Of a DNA stretch of 64,000 nucleotides, positions 45,854 through 56,900 are shown one piece after another. The stretch is from Naegleria gruberi (lineage: Eukaryota), in the NCBI GenBank assembly GCA_000004985.1, contig GG738897.1; one strand, written 5' to 3'. The notes under the pieces are model-generated. The model did no database searches, was not told the DNA's origin, and saw nothing but the letters and a program-made list of their open reading frames with translations. The first letter of the stretch is position 1. Every line of letters begins with the position of its first letter. A program made the translations under genes and the position numbers.

Positions 45854-47692
45854 ATGAGTGTTATTGAGAATTATTCTAATATTCAATCTACTACTACCTC
45901 TGCTAACAATAAGAGCAATTTTACAAGTTTAACCACATCAACAATGATATCGAATCAAACACCACCTCAACAAGGTGTTGTCAATACTCAAACACCAACT
46001 CTACGTACCCAACAAGAAATTAAAGCAGATTTGTATCAAGCAGTCATAAAAGGTATGATCAGCAGGGTACAAGAATGTTTGGAAGAGTTGTTGTCACTCG
46101 CTCATATTACTCAAAATACTGCCAATTCAACTGGTCAACTGTCATCTCCAGTTATTGGAAATGTATTGTATTCAACCTCACCTACTTCCCCTACTCACGT
46201 TAGTACCAACGGATTGGTTACAACACCAACATCAGATTTAGTCAACTCTGTAGAAGAATCAATTACCAATAATCATCCAGTTTCCTCCCCAAATAATTCA
46301 GTATCCTCTTCATCTTCATCTTTAATGATTGGTAGCCCAAATAATCATCTTTCAACTCACCTCTCAACAAGTGGATCACAAAAATTAATAACTATGGATC
46401 AAATAATACTGAAAACAACATTCCCTGAAGAATTTGATATGAATGTTGTTCATCTGTCGGCAAAACATGCACAAGCAGATATTCTCCAACACGTTATTTC
46501 ATCTGCTTGTTGTGATGAAAAGTGTTCGAATACAAATGGTGGTCCAAACGCCAATCACTCAAATGAATGTCAAAGAAAAACAAATGCTCTCCTATCAAGT
46601 GTGGATAAGCAAAATGCCACTCCAATTTTCTATGCTGTACAATCAGGATCAAATGGAATTTGTGCATTTTTATGTAGTTTTAAAATTGTACAGGATCAGT
46701 TAAATTTGCATGCTGATCGATATGGTTTCTTACCTGTTCACTGGGCTTTGAAGAGAAAACAATTCGAAATTAGTGATACATTACAATTATTTGGTGCAAA
46801 ACTCGATACCACTGTTGGTATCGGTGTTGGTCTTGGAGAATCTGTACTTCATATTGCTGTCAGAGAAAAATCTATGGAAAGCATTGAATATTTGGCAAAG
46901 ACAAAACCTGGTATCCTTTTAAAGAAAAATTCACAAGAAGAAAATGCTCTCTTTGTATGTTTGACTGATTTCAGAGGAACCAGAATTAAGAGGATTGAAG
47001 AATCTTTCCTCACCAAGCTTCTCCCAACTGGAGGTGATTTGTTTGGAAATGATGCATTCGAAAGAGCAATTCTTCAAAAGAATGGTCATGGTAGAAATAT
47101 CTTGATGGAATCTATTGCAAAGAATGACATGTCTTCCTTCTATGCTATCTTACAATATCTCTATCATGAAAAGAATTCAACAAAACAAAGATTAATTCCA
47201 ATTCTTTTCAACGAAGTTGATTCTCAACAAAAGAATTTGATGCACTTGTGTGTTCAATCAGTATTTTTGACAGGTATGGCCTTTGATCCTGATACAGATG
47301 AAGCTTCTCTTGATTGGATGAATGCTCTCGAATGGACTCATGATTTTATTGAAACTGTCAGTCCAGTATTGAAACTCAGCAAGATGGCTCACTTATTCCT
47401 TGCCAAGGATAAATATGGTGACACTCCAAAAGAAAGTTGTAATCAATTCTATGATGCCACCAGTGATGCACAAGAACCTTTAATTATTGCAGAATCCATT
47501 TCCGAGTCTCTTTTGGAAGCAGCCACCAGTTGGGCTTCTGGAAAAAAGCGAAAATCAAAGAAGGGTGGAAGAAAAACACTTAACTTTTCTGATACTGACG
47601 AAAATCAAAATGCCAAAGCTCCAAGAGCCTCGTCGCTCCATCAAGTTATGGATTTCATTGGTATTACTGTCAAGAGAGGTTTCAAGAAATAA
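45854..47692 (+). CDS. Ankyrin-repeat-containing protein
   Basis: Several 33-residue ANK-like units (TPIFYAVQSGSNGICAFL…; GFLPVHWALKRKQFEISDTL…; ESVLHIAVREKSMESIEYL…; RNILMESIAKNDMSSFYAIL). N-terminal Ser/Thr/Asn-rich region. Confidence 0.45.
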   Translation: MSVIENYSNIQSTTTSANNKSNFTSLTTSTMISNQTPPQQGVVNTQTPTLRTQQEIKADLYQAVIKGMISRVQECLEELLSLAHITQNTANSTGQLSSPVIGNVLYSTSPTSPTHVSTNGLVTTPTSDLVNSVEESITNNHPVSSPNNSVSSSSSSLMIGSPNNHLSTHLSTSGSQKLITMDQIILKTTFPEEFDMNVVHLSAKHAQADILQHVISSACCDEKCSNTNGGPNANHSNECQRKTNALLSSVDKQNATPIFYAVQSGSNGICAFLCSFKIVQDQLNLHADRYGFLPVHWALKRKQFEISDTLQLFGAKLDTTVGIGVGLGESVLHIAVREKSMESIEYLAKTKPGILLKKNSQEENALFVCLTDFRGTRIKRIEESFLTKLLPTGGDLFGNDAFERAILQKNGHGRNILMESIAKNDMSSFYAILQYLYHEKNSTKQRLIPILFNEVDSQQKNLMHLCVQSVFLTGMAFDPDTDEASLDWMNALEWTHDFIETVSPVLKLSKMAHLFLAKDKYGDTPKESCNQFYDATSDAQEPLIIAESISESLLEAATSWASGKKRKSKKGGRKTLNFSDTDENQNAKAPRASSLHQVMDFIGITVKRGFKK

Positions 47693-47877
47693 AAACATAA
47701 TAAAATTCCAAAAACATTTAAAAATTTTGTATTTTAAATAGATCAAGTCAATTATTGTAAAGTTAGTTTGGAGACTTGACACCCAAAAGTAAGTTCAAAT
47801 AAACTTCAAGTTCAAATATTTTCACAAAATGTAACACGTGAACTTGCTGATTTGTTCGAAATTGTTTATTGAAGATC

Positions 47878-48945
47878 TCATAAAAATTCCTCAACAAAAG
47901 ATTGATCAAGTTTGGGAGACACTTTTGGAGATGTAATCATAGGCTCATCACTCAGTACTGTAAATGAATTGGTTGGGGAAATACCATCGCTCAATATCAT
48001 TGATTCATTGTTCTCATCACCAACTCTTCTTCTCTTGTCTCCATTACTTATTGATGAATGTTTGGATTTGAGAGGTTGTACGAAAAAGAGGCCCTCATTG
48101 GAGGTCAGTTTGAGTGGCTTTCCTCTGTGGAGCTGATTCTTTTCCTGATTATTCTTGGGTGAAATATTCTTGGAGAGTGCTGGACTAGTGAGTTTAGTGG
48201 ACTCGTTCAATAGTAAAATTCTATCAAGGGGAGTCTCGTAGGTAGTAGTGGCATTATTATGTACATTGGTTGAAAAAGTTGTTGAATTATTGGAATAGTC
48301 TACAGATGAGGTAGTCAAACAGTTAGTCATATAGCAGGTATTGGAAGTAATTGGTTTATCCACAATATTGAAATCAAAATCCAATTCTATCGAATTGTTT
48401 CTATCGAGTTTGGAAATATTTTGTTCAATCAATTGATTACTCGTAGTAGTAATATTTAAACCAACAAATTGTGAATGGTTGTGATCAATTGTTGAAGTGT
48501 TGTTATTACTTCCTTTAAAGAAGTGAAAGATATCAAGTTTGTTTTGCTTTTTCAACTTTCTCTTCTTTTCCTTCTTCTTTTCGTTAGCATTCTTATCGTT
48601 AGTGGAGGAAACAATTTGGGAAGGAATTATAATTGGATGATTAGTCATGGAAAATCTTCTCTTATTATTGGAATTTAACATGGTAAAGGAGGAAATTACA
48701 CTCGATGAGGATGGTAAATTATCTTCAATGGTTTCTTCTTCCTTCTTTTGTTCTATCATTTCATAAAGTTGATGACAGTTACAGGTTTCGTATTTCTCTT
48801 CAGTAGAATGATGATGATGGTGATGATGATGATCTTTCGAGAGTCGAAATAATCTTTTGAAAGGATTAGACGAAACTACTCCAATGTTATTAGTGTTGTT
48901 TGTTGTTGTGTTATTATTATTTGAATGATGAATATTGGTGACCAT
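47878..48945 (-). CDS. Low-complexity Asn/Ser/Thr-rich protein with His8 run and basic KKKEKKRKLKK patch; unknown function
   Basis: 355-aa ORF, compositionally typical of this genome's coding DNA; no domain recognised. Confidence 0.35.
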   Translation of the reverse strand: MVTNIHHSNNNNTTTNNTNNIGVVSSNPFKRLFRLSKDHHHHHHHHSTEEKYETCNCHQLYEMIEQKKEEETIEDNLPSSSSVISSFTMLNSNNKRRFSMTNHPIIIPSQIVSSTNDKNANEKKKEKKRKLKKQNKLDIFHFFKGSNNNTSTIDHNHSQFVGLNITTTSNQLIEQNISKLDRNNSIELDFDFNIVDKPITSNTCYMTNCLTTSSVDYSNNSTTFSTNVHNNATTTYETPLDRILLLNESTKLTSPALSKNISPKNNQEKNQLHRGKPLKLTSNEGLFFVQPLKSKHSSISNGDKRRRVGDENNESMILSDGISPTNSFTVLSDEPMITSPKVSPKLDQSFVEEFL

Positions 48946-50132
48946 TTTGCTATTTGTGAATGAGTCAGACGAAACTACTGATGATGGAGATTGGAAACTC
49001 TTGGGTGATTAGGTTTCTTTCACTGCTTGTCTTATTGGATACTATTCAAGTCTTTGAAGGCTAAAATAGATTAGGCAGTGTCAGTCTGGAGAGATAGGTC
49101 GGTTGAGTACGTTTTTTTTAAATATTAATTTAACTCTTACATTTAGTTTCGAATACATCGACCACGAAATAGAACGAAGAATTGTATGAAGTCAAACAAA
49201 TGAGACTATGAAACTACAACAGGAAGTTTAAGGAAGTAGTAGCAGCAATTTGGACAATTATTTAATTGCTAATATTGTCATTCTCATCAACATGTCATTG
49301 AATAACACAGATTCCTTCCAAAAGGACATGTTGTGTATCAATTTAAAACAATAAAGGTGGGAATTGGCAAAGCTATATTCGCTTGACTCATTCATTGTCA
49401 GTGGTAAAATTGCTGAGTAAAGATCGGAATGAATAGTCTAGCTTTGGTGATAAATAGATGACTAGATCATTGCATGATGGTGAATTAATAATTGCTATTC
49501 GCCACATTAATAATTTTGTTAATTGATGAAATTACAATCGTCATCATGTTCTTATTCTTCCGTAAGAAGCAGCACCGTTGATAAAAGGCAGTGGATGGAT
49601 TTAGAACTCTGCAATAGGCAACTTGGATTACTAAATTTCTTTTTGAAAGACTACAATTAATTGTTCTTCCATCCTCTTTCTTCTTTGTTCCTCTTCATTG
49701 TTGTGCTTCCTCACATGCTTATTTTGTATTAAGGAATTTTTTTTGAGGCTTTTTGTGTTTGACGCTGTGAAGATGAAGGCTTTGATTTTTCTTAATAAAA
49801 AAAATTACGGAAAATAGGCTTTTGAAAATTTATTTTAATGATGATTTTAGAAATATTATTATTGTATTCGTAACTATAATTATACTTGTAACTGTATTAG
49901 TTGAATGAAAAGGTGATATGGAGAAGATTGGAAAGAGAGTTTGAATTATATCGGAAGGAATGAATAACCAATTTTTATTTAAATAATGATAATTATTAAT
50001 ATTAAAAAAATCAATCATCTTTATTGAATAATTAATAATGAATGAATAATAATAATACACAATAATAGCTTGAACACTAATGAACTAATACAACTAATAG
50101 AATCAATTTAGAAAGCAAAAATCATCAAAAAA

Positions 50133-51449
50133 ATGTCTTCAAATTATCCACCTCCTTTCAATCCTTCTCTGAATACACCAACCTCATCAGGGGCACAACA
50201 ACAAAATAATCAACAAGTGCCCCAAGAACAAGAAGGAGATCAAGGATTTGCTCTTCATCCATATATTAGACAATTTGCTAACGTTAATAATACCAACACA
50301 TTATCATCAGCTGATGCACCAACAGTTTTATCATCCGGATCATTGTCTACTAAACAGAGTCTTGATAGTGAAAGTTATAATCCAAATGTTGTTGGTAGTA
50401 GTGGTTCTTCTCCTCTGATCCAATCATCCTCCTCACCAATAACATCTCCACAACAAGTAATTCCACAGGGATATTCTGTAAATAACAATACATTCCTTCC
50501 ACCACAACAAGCCTATTACACAAACTCTGGCATCTTTAGAAATGTTCCTAGTCATAATGGGTTATTATCTGATGGAAATATCGAACCAGTTCTAAACAAA
50601 GGAGAAGGCCCACAATTTCAATATTTTGGAATTGGTCCTTGTTGTTGTTGGGAAGTATTAGTTTGGATCTTGTCAAAGATGACATTTGGTATTGTGGAGG
50701 CCTTCTTTGCTATTCCAATGGCCAATAGTCAAATTAGTGAAATGATTGTTGGAGGAAGAAGACTCAAATTTGATACTCATGATCCATGGCTAAAGGTTCC
50801 AATACTTTGCATTATTAATAACTTTATCAATTCATCAACATTTGGATTGTGGTACTTGTCTGGAATGATGCACATCTTTTACTATTCTGAGCTTGATAGA
50901 CGTATTTCTTGGGGAGAAGTCGTAGATCCTGATGCTGAAAATAATATAGTGTGGCATCCAATTGATGATGGAAGAGAAAAGTTCAAAATCTTGTCTGCCT
51001 TCCCAGGAGTAACCACTGAAATTGTTACTTGGGGAGCAAGATTGTTTTCTGTTACATTCTTATTGGGATTTGCTGAACCTTGGATTAAATCATATTACTA
51101 TTCAAGATTGATGCCAAAGATGGAATTTGGAGGTGTTGGACAATTTTACTATGCCAACAAAAACCCAACAACCTATGGAAGAGACAAACTCAAGGTAGTG
51201 TTTAATGCAAGAGGTCATCAAATTTTCTTCCGTTGGTTGCAAGGTCACATTATTGTATTGGCCTCGTGTGGAATGTTTTTGTGCTGCTTTGGAAATTGGA
51301 TTGATGCCTTCATGAACAGATACCTTCATGTTGACGAAACAGTTACCACCACATTGAGTCCATTCATAATTTCTGAAGAGTCACTCTCTGTTGCTCAATC
51401 TCCAAGCGAGCCAAGCACATACAATTACCGAATTCCAACCAATGTTTAA
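50133..51449 (+). CDS. Membrane protein of unknown function with Pro/Gln/Ser-rich N-terminus (parent of the fragment at 53442..53871)
   Basis: 438-aa ORF; hydrophobic segments CCCWEVLVWILSKMTFGIVEAFFAIPMA and FGLWYLSGMMHIFYY; conserved block …WGEVVDPDAENNIVWHPIDDGREKFKILSAFPG…GFAEPWIKSYYYSRLMPKMEFGGVGQFYY… is shared with the downstream fragment. Confidence 0.5.
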   Translation: MSSNYPPPFNPSLNTPTSSGAQQQNNQQVPQEQEGDQGFALHPYIRQFANVNNTNTLSSADAPTVLSSGSLSTKQSLDSESYNPNVVGSSGSSPLIQSSSSPITSPQQVIPQGYSVNNNTFLPPQQAYYTNSGIFRNVPSHNGLLSDGNIEPVLNKGEGPQFQYFGIGPCCCWEVLVWILSKMTFGIVEAFFAIPMANSQISEMIVGGRRLKFDTHDPWLKVPILCIINNFINSSTFGLWYLSGMMHIFYYSELDRRISWGEVVDPDAENNIVWHPIDDGREKFKILSAFPGVTTEIVTWGARLFSVTFLLGFAEPWIKSYYYSRLMPKMEFGGVGQFYYANKNPTTYGRDKLKVVFNARGHQIFFRWLQGHIIVLASCGMFLCCFGNWIDAFMNRYLHVDETVTTTLSPFIISEESLSVAQSPSEPSTYNYRIPTNV

Positions 51450-51929
51450 TGTTGTTATCATAAACAAGCATTTATGTTAACAAGTTCCAATAACATAACA
51501 ACATTTGATTTATCGATTCAATTAGAAAGTAAAACCAAATAATGTCAACAATGTGTCATGATAATGAAAATTCATCTGTATTATTAAGATGGTCACAATG
51601 CCTAGGTGCAGCCAAATTACTAATCCAACAGTCACTTCATGGACGCATCATGGACAATAATGCTCCCTAATAGTATCTTGCTTTCAGAGAATCATCATAA
51701 CCTTTCGGCCCGCATAGCGTTGATATTCGGTAGTTGTCTTGGAATGTCAAAATGAAGCACCACTCCTCCAACATTGTTAACGAAACATAACTTGTCATGT
51801 GCCTAGATGGGCCAACGTACCTTTTAAAAAGTGACAAAGAAATTCATGCAACCCAATCGTATTTAATAAGGATATTATTTACCACTTCTTAAATTGTGAA
51901 GGAGTCAAGATTTTCTCTTTACACAAGAG

Positions 51930-52991
51930 ATGAAAAACGCATTTTCACACACGAACAAAAAACCTCAACTCCTTCCATTGCAGAAACTTGACCCACTACT
52001 ACTAACAACATCAATGATGAAGAAATATTTGTCACTGACACTGCTCATCTCCATAGCATTGTTACTTTTAACCATTTATCCAAGCTATCAATTATCTCTT
52101 CGCTACGGATTGCAAAGTGTCAGCAATTCTACAATTGCAACAAAAGGTTGGCAATTCCCTCAAGCCATTGATGCAGCCACAGGTGTTTATATCAGGACAC
52201 AAGAATGGAGAACTTATTTGAATACTTTCACTAATTCATTCCCAGTGCCAGATTGTGAACCTCCTTCATTTCCTTCAGTTTTCAATTTTTCATCAACTGT
52301 TTTGAATTTATGTTATGAAAGCAATGCATTGTATCCTTGGAATTTAATACACATCAAGGCAGGTAATATGCTTGTTGATACATTGAAAAAACATTATGGT
52401 ATTGAATTGACAGCCAATTTTGTGTTAATTAATACGCAAACTGGCTATTTCACTTCATTAAAGAAGGCAGTTGATGATGGAAGCTGTGACGTTGCCATTG
52501 CTTCAACAAATATTGACAGTACCAGAACAACTCAAGCTCACTTCCAATGTGCCTACGGTTCTTCATATAATGCCTATATCAGATCCGAGCTTGATCCTAA
52601 TATTCGTGTTGAAAATGAAACTGGTCTTAATCAACCTGGAATTAAAGTTGCAGTTTACAAGACAACAACATACGATGCTTGGGCAACTGCGAATTTACCA
52701 CTTGCAACCATTATTAGATTTTCAGGTGGTTATTACGAAGCATGGCCAATGATTCTCGATAAACAGGTCCATGCAGTCATTACAGATGCTGTGGATTTGC
52801 TTTCTTGGCTTTCTACAAATAAGGGAAATTGCTCAACATGCAAAGTTGGACTCTTTGGAGATGTCTTTACTTATGGAAGCTTTGTGTCGAATCAATATGA
52901 TGTTAGAATTTCTGGAACTATTTCATTGTTGGAAATGCAAAATGCATTGCTCTTTATTCTCTCATGTTTAGCAACAATATTCCTGTTGTAA
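51930..52991 (+). CDS. Periplasmic-binding-protein type 2-like (SBP_bac_3 / glutamate-receptor ligand-binding-like) extracellular protein with N-terminal signal anchor and hydrophobic C-terminal tail
   Basis: …LKKAVDDGSCDVAIASTNIDSTRTTQAHFQCAYGSSYNAYIR… and …HAVITDAVDLLSWLSTNKGNCSTCKVGLFGDVF… resemble the two lobes of PBP2 domains (D.aia..tit..R…F..py; …a.v.d…..y). N-terminal hydrophobic LSLTLLISIALLLLTIY, C-terminal LLFILSCLATIFLL (GPI-like). Moderate-to-low certainty. Confidence 0.4.
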   Translation: MKNAFSHTNKKPQLLPLQKLDPLLLTTSMMKKYLSLTLLISIALLLLTIYPSYQLSLRYGLQSVSNSTIATKGWQFPQAIDAATGVYIRTQEWRTYLNTFTNSFPVPDCEPPSFPSVFNFSSTVLNLCYESNALYPWNLIHIKAGNMLVDTLKKHYGIELTANFVLINTQTGYFTSLKKAVDDGSCDVAIASTNIDSTRTTQAHFQCAYGSSYNAYIRSELDPNIRVENETGLNQPGIKVAVYKTTTYDAWATANLPLATIIRFSGGYYEAWPMILDKQVHAVITDAVDLLSWLSTNKGNCSTCKVGLFGDVFTYGSFVSNQYDVRISGTISLLEMQNALLFILSCLATIFLL

Positions 52992-53441
52992 ATACATTAA
53001 TTAACTAATACATTGATTCTTTTAAATTCCTCAACCAATTTACAATAAACCTTCCAATTCACATTGTAGTGGTTGTATTCTCCTATCTTCCACAGTAAAC
53101 TGATCGACCAAACATAGTAATGCTGTAAATGCCAACAACTTTAAAGCTCCACCCTTTTCAAGCACCAACACAAAGCTCTGCATACAAGTGGCCCACATTT
53201 ACAATTTTTCATTTTGTGAAAAAAACAACAACAACAAACCTTAATAGAAGTGAACAAGAGCAGTCATGCCATCATTATCATCTGTGGATTCATCAACACT
53301 ATTGGACAAGAAGAAGAAGAACAACAAACACGAGCTATCAACAACATTGACCTTCGATGAACAAGTTAAAAACATTCAGGTTCGCTACTTTGGAGTCTCA
53401 CTATCTCAATATTTGGTGGCGAGCTCTCTACATGTTGTTGA

Positions 53442-53871
53442 ACATTTGGATTAATTGATTCGTTCACACTATGGTCGAGAGCAGATTGGGGAGATGTTGA
53501 AAATCCAGAACAATCCAGATTAGTTTGGTTTCCAAACGATGATGGAAAGGGAGAATTCAAGATTTTCACAGCTTATGCAGGTTTATTTTATGAAATTTTC
53601 ATTTACTTGGCAAGATTGGTTTCTGGATTTTGTTTAGGATTTGGAGAACCATGGATTCTTTCATATGAATATTCCCTCATCTTTCCAAATATGAAATTTG
53701 GAGGATTAGGTCAATTCCAATATATCAAACACCAATTCGAAAGGAAACGATACTTTACAATACAAATTTGAAGTTACTGGTTTACATATTATGGTTAATT
53801 GGTTGTTTGGTAATAAGATTAGAATGGGAGGTGTTGATAGTAGTGAATATTACGAAAAATCAATGGTTTAA
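53442..53871 (+). pseudogene. Truncated, frameshifted paralog fragment of the 50133..51449 gene (C-terminal about 40% only)
   Basis: Open frame from 53442 reads …LWSRADWGDVENPEQSRLVWFPNDDGKGEFKIFTAYAGLFYEIFIYLARLVSGFCLGFGEPWILSYEYSLIFPNMKFGGLGQFQYIKHQFERKRYFTIQI*. It aligns with parent …LDRRISWGEVVDPDAENNIVWHPIDDGREKFKILSAFPGV…GFAEPWIKSYYYSRLMPKMEFGGVGQFYY…. Similarity resumes in another frame (KFEVTGLHIMVNWLFGNKI vs KVVFNARGHQIFFRWLQGHI). No start codon, no N-terminal half. Confidence 0.5.
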
Positions 53872-53990
53872 AAGAATTTAATTTTATTACAATATATTGT
53901 TTAATATTTTCAAATTCTCCTTATTTGTAAATTTTTGAAATTTTAAAAAATATTTAATTTTATTTTTAATTGTAAGATTTTAGGTCTTTT

Positions 53991-56900
53991 CTATTTGAAA
54001 TATTTAAGAGAAAGTAATTGAGATGCTGAAGGTCTTTGATTTGCATCTTTTTCTAACATTTTCAAAACTATTTCAATCAATTCGTCCGAATATTCGCAAT
54101 GAGCAGATTCTTTCATTTGATTCTTCAATATTTTGATTGCATTCTCCGCTTGATTTCCCATTAGCAAGTTACTAATCGAAGTTGCCAAGTCATTGGTCAT
54201 GATTTGATAAATTGAAATACCCAATGAGAAAATATCCGTATTATATGAATATGAACTTCCAAGTGCAACTTCAGGACTCATATCTGAATAGTTTAGTTTA
54301 GTTTGGGTAATGAAAAATTATAATACTTACAAAGTGGAGTTCCAGCATAGGATTGACCTGTCATTTCTTGATACTTTTTGGCTAATCCAAAATCTGCCAA
54401 TACAATGTCAATATTGTCGCTTGTCATTTTCTTAATAAAAATATTTGTTTGCTTAATATCTCTGTGAATAATGTGCATTTCTTCATGTACATATTTCAAT
54501 GCATTCAACATTTGTTTCAATATTTGCTTGACAATCTTTTCACTGCAATTTTCTTGTTTCAATTTTGTTAAATCTCCCAATTCAAAATAATCCATGTCAA
54601 TAATCAATAAATTGTCATTTGTAATGAAATAATCATTAATTTTGATAATATTGGAATGGTTGATATGATTCAATTGAGATGCTTCTTTCATAATTGTATT
54701 CAAATCTGTCAATGTTTCAAATTTAACAAGTTTGATTGCTTTCAATTTGTTTTTCTTTAAATCTGTCACTTTGTAAACACTTCCAAATGCTCCTTGTCCA
54801 ATTCTTGTAATGTTTGAATATCTGGAGAATGGATTTATCATATCTGAGCCAACAGAAGATCCAGCAGATGAGGAAATAATCATTGAACTAGACGAAAGGA
54901 AAGTTGTTTCGGATAATTCAACATTTCCTGTGTCCAATTTAGCAATTTCAAAGTCCTTCTTTTTCTTTTTTGAGAAACACACGACTATTACAATAATTAA
55001 TATCACAACTATTAGTAAAATCAATAAAACCCCAACAATCGGTATCACAATAGCTACTATCAAAACTGTAGAATCAATTATTGACTGACTTTTGAGTTCA
55101 CAAAATTGACCTTCAAATCCAATCTTACATTGACAAACATCAATATCAGAACATTGTCCATTTCCATTACAAACATTTTCACTTGATGCCAATGTTCCAT
55201 TACAACTCAATTTGGAATCACATGTACTATTCCAAGAATTGTAAGTGTAGTTTCTTCCACAATATGGAATAATCTTTCGAATATAAGCTCTAGCATCAAT
55301 GAAAAAGATTTCACCCGTACTTTCATCGTAATCCACTTGTCTTGCAAACGTTGAAAAGATTGAATAAGTTCCAAATCCATCTCCATTGAATTTTGGGGAT
55401 GCAACTCTTGATCCAGCAATATCCAGCAATAAACCGCTCCGTTTCTGATACATTCGAACAAGAGAAGTTCCACTACCATCCAAAATAATTATATCTCCAT
55501 TCTTTTTCACATAGAAAGCAGAGGGATTATCGATCGATGATTGGAGGGCTGGTAGTTTATCACCTGAATAGCCCTGAATTGAATTTCCAACCAAAGTTCT
55601 TAAATAATAGGTGCCTTCAGATAGTTTTTCAATTCTTCTAATGGTAGCTTGTGTACTTAAATATATGTAACCACTATCATAGAAAATATTTGATATTACA
55701 CCTGGAAATGTCACATTACTCATGATTCCATCATCAGAAATGAGACCATTGTTTGAAAATGTAATATCTATTGACATTGTTTTAGTTGTTTGGCTGTATC
55801 TGTAAATTGCTGAATCCAAGGCGATTAGCAAATCACCAGTCGTATCCTCAACTGTCAATCCATTAATTAAATTAAATTGTGGACATGGAGAATCAACTGC
55901 ATTAATTCCAGTCACGAATGATCCACACACTGTTGATCCAATAACAGTTTCATAATTCATAGTGTCTGGATCGATTCGAATAAATCTACATGTATCCTTA
56001 ATATAGATTTTTCTATCAAATTTTGAGAACACTCCTTGAGCCTTTGCGGTGCCGAGTTGTGCATTGAAAGTAAAATAGGGTGATTTAACTGAAGCAAGTG
56101 GAGTTGTTAACAGTGAGCTACTTAAGGTGGTAGACTTGCCAGTAGTTTCATCAAATTTCTTCAAAGTTCTCATATCCATATAGTAGCTCACTTTCTTTGA
56201 TGCATCTCTCATTAACATTAACGGAGTTAAAGTTCTTGAAGCTGGACTTAGTCCTGCAATTGTGGAAACTCTTCCATTCGAAATTTCACTCAAATGATAT
56301 TGGTTTGTCACAAGAATTCTGGAATCTTGTTTGACAGCTCTTGGTAAATATCTACAGTTCCATCATTAAGGCAGGAATTATTCGAATTTTCCCGAATATT
56401 AAAAGAATTATACTTACAGAGCTGAGCTTTCGACTGGAATATTCTCACCATTGAATCCATAAACATAGACGATTGTGTTTGAAACATTAAGATGATCCAA
56501 TCCTCCAATTTTCTTCAATGTAAAACTTTCTAATTGAAAATCATAAAGTTGACCCATATTAAAAAAAAACAAATTTCTATCATTTTTTTGAAATCCATTA
56601 AATGTCAAAGATGTTGGCATTGGCGTGCTGAAAACTAACATTGATCCATTCTTAAAGTCAACATACTCATACAGAGTATTCAATGAACCTGAATATAAAA
56701 ATAAGGAATTAGAATCAGGATATCTGATATTTGGAATAGCAACAATTTGATCAAGATATCCATTTGGAATTGGAATTATTAATTGGTATAAAACTGTAGA
56801 TTTTTGTAAAATACTGATTAGATACTCAGAAGTTCTTAAATAAATTGTAGAATTGTCGAAAGAATCACCAAGTACATCAATCGCACTTGAATAAATTGGA

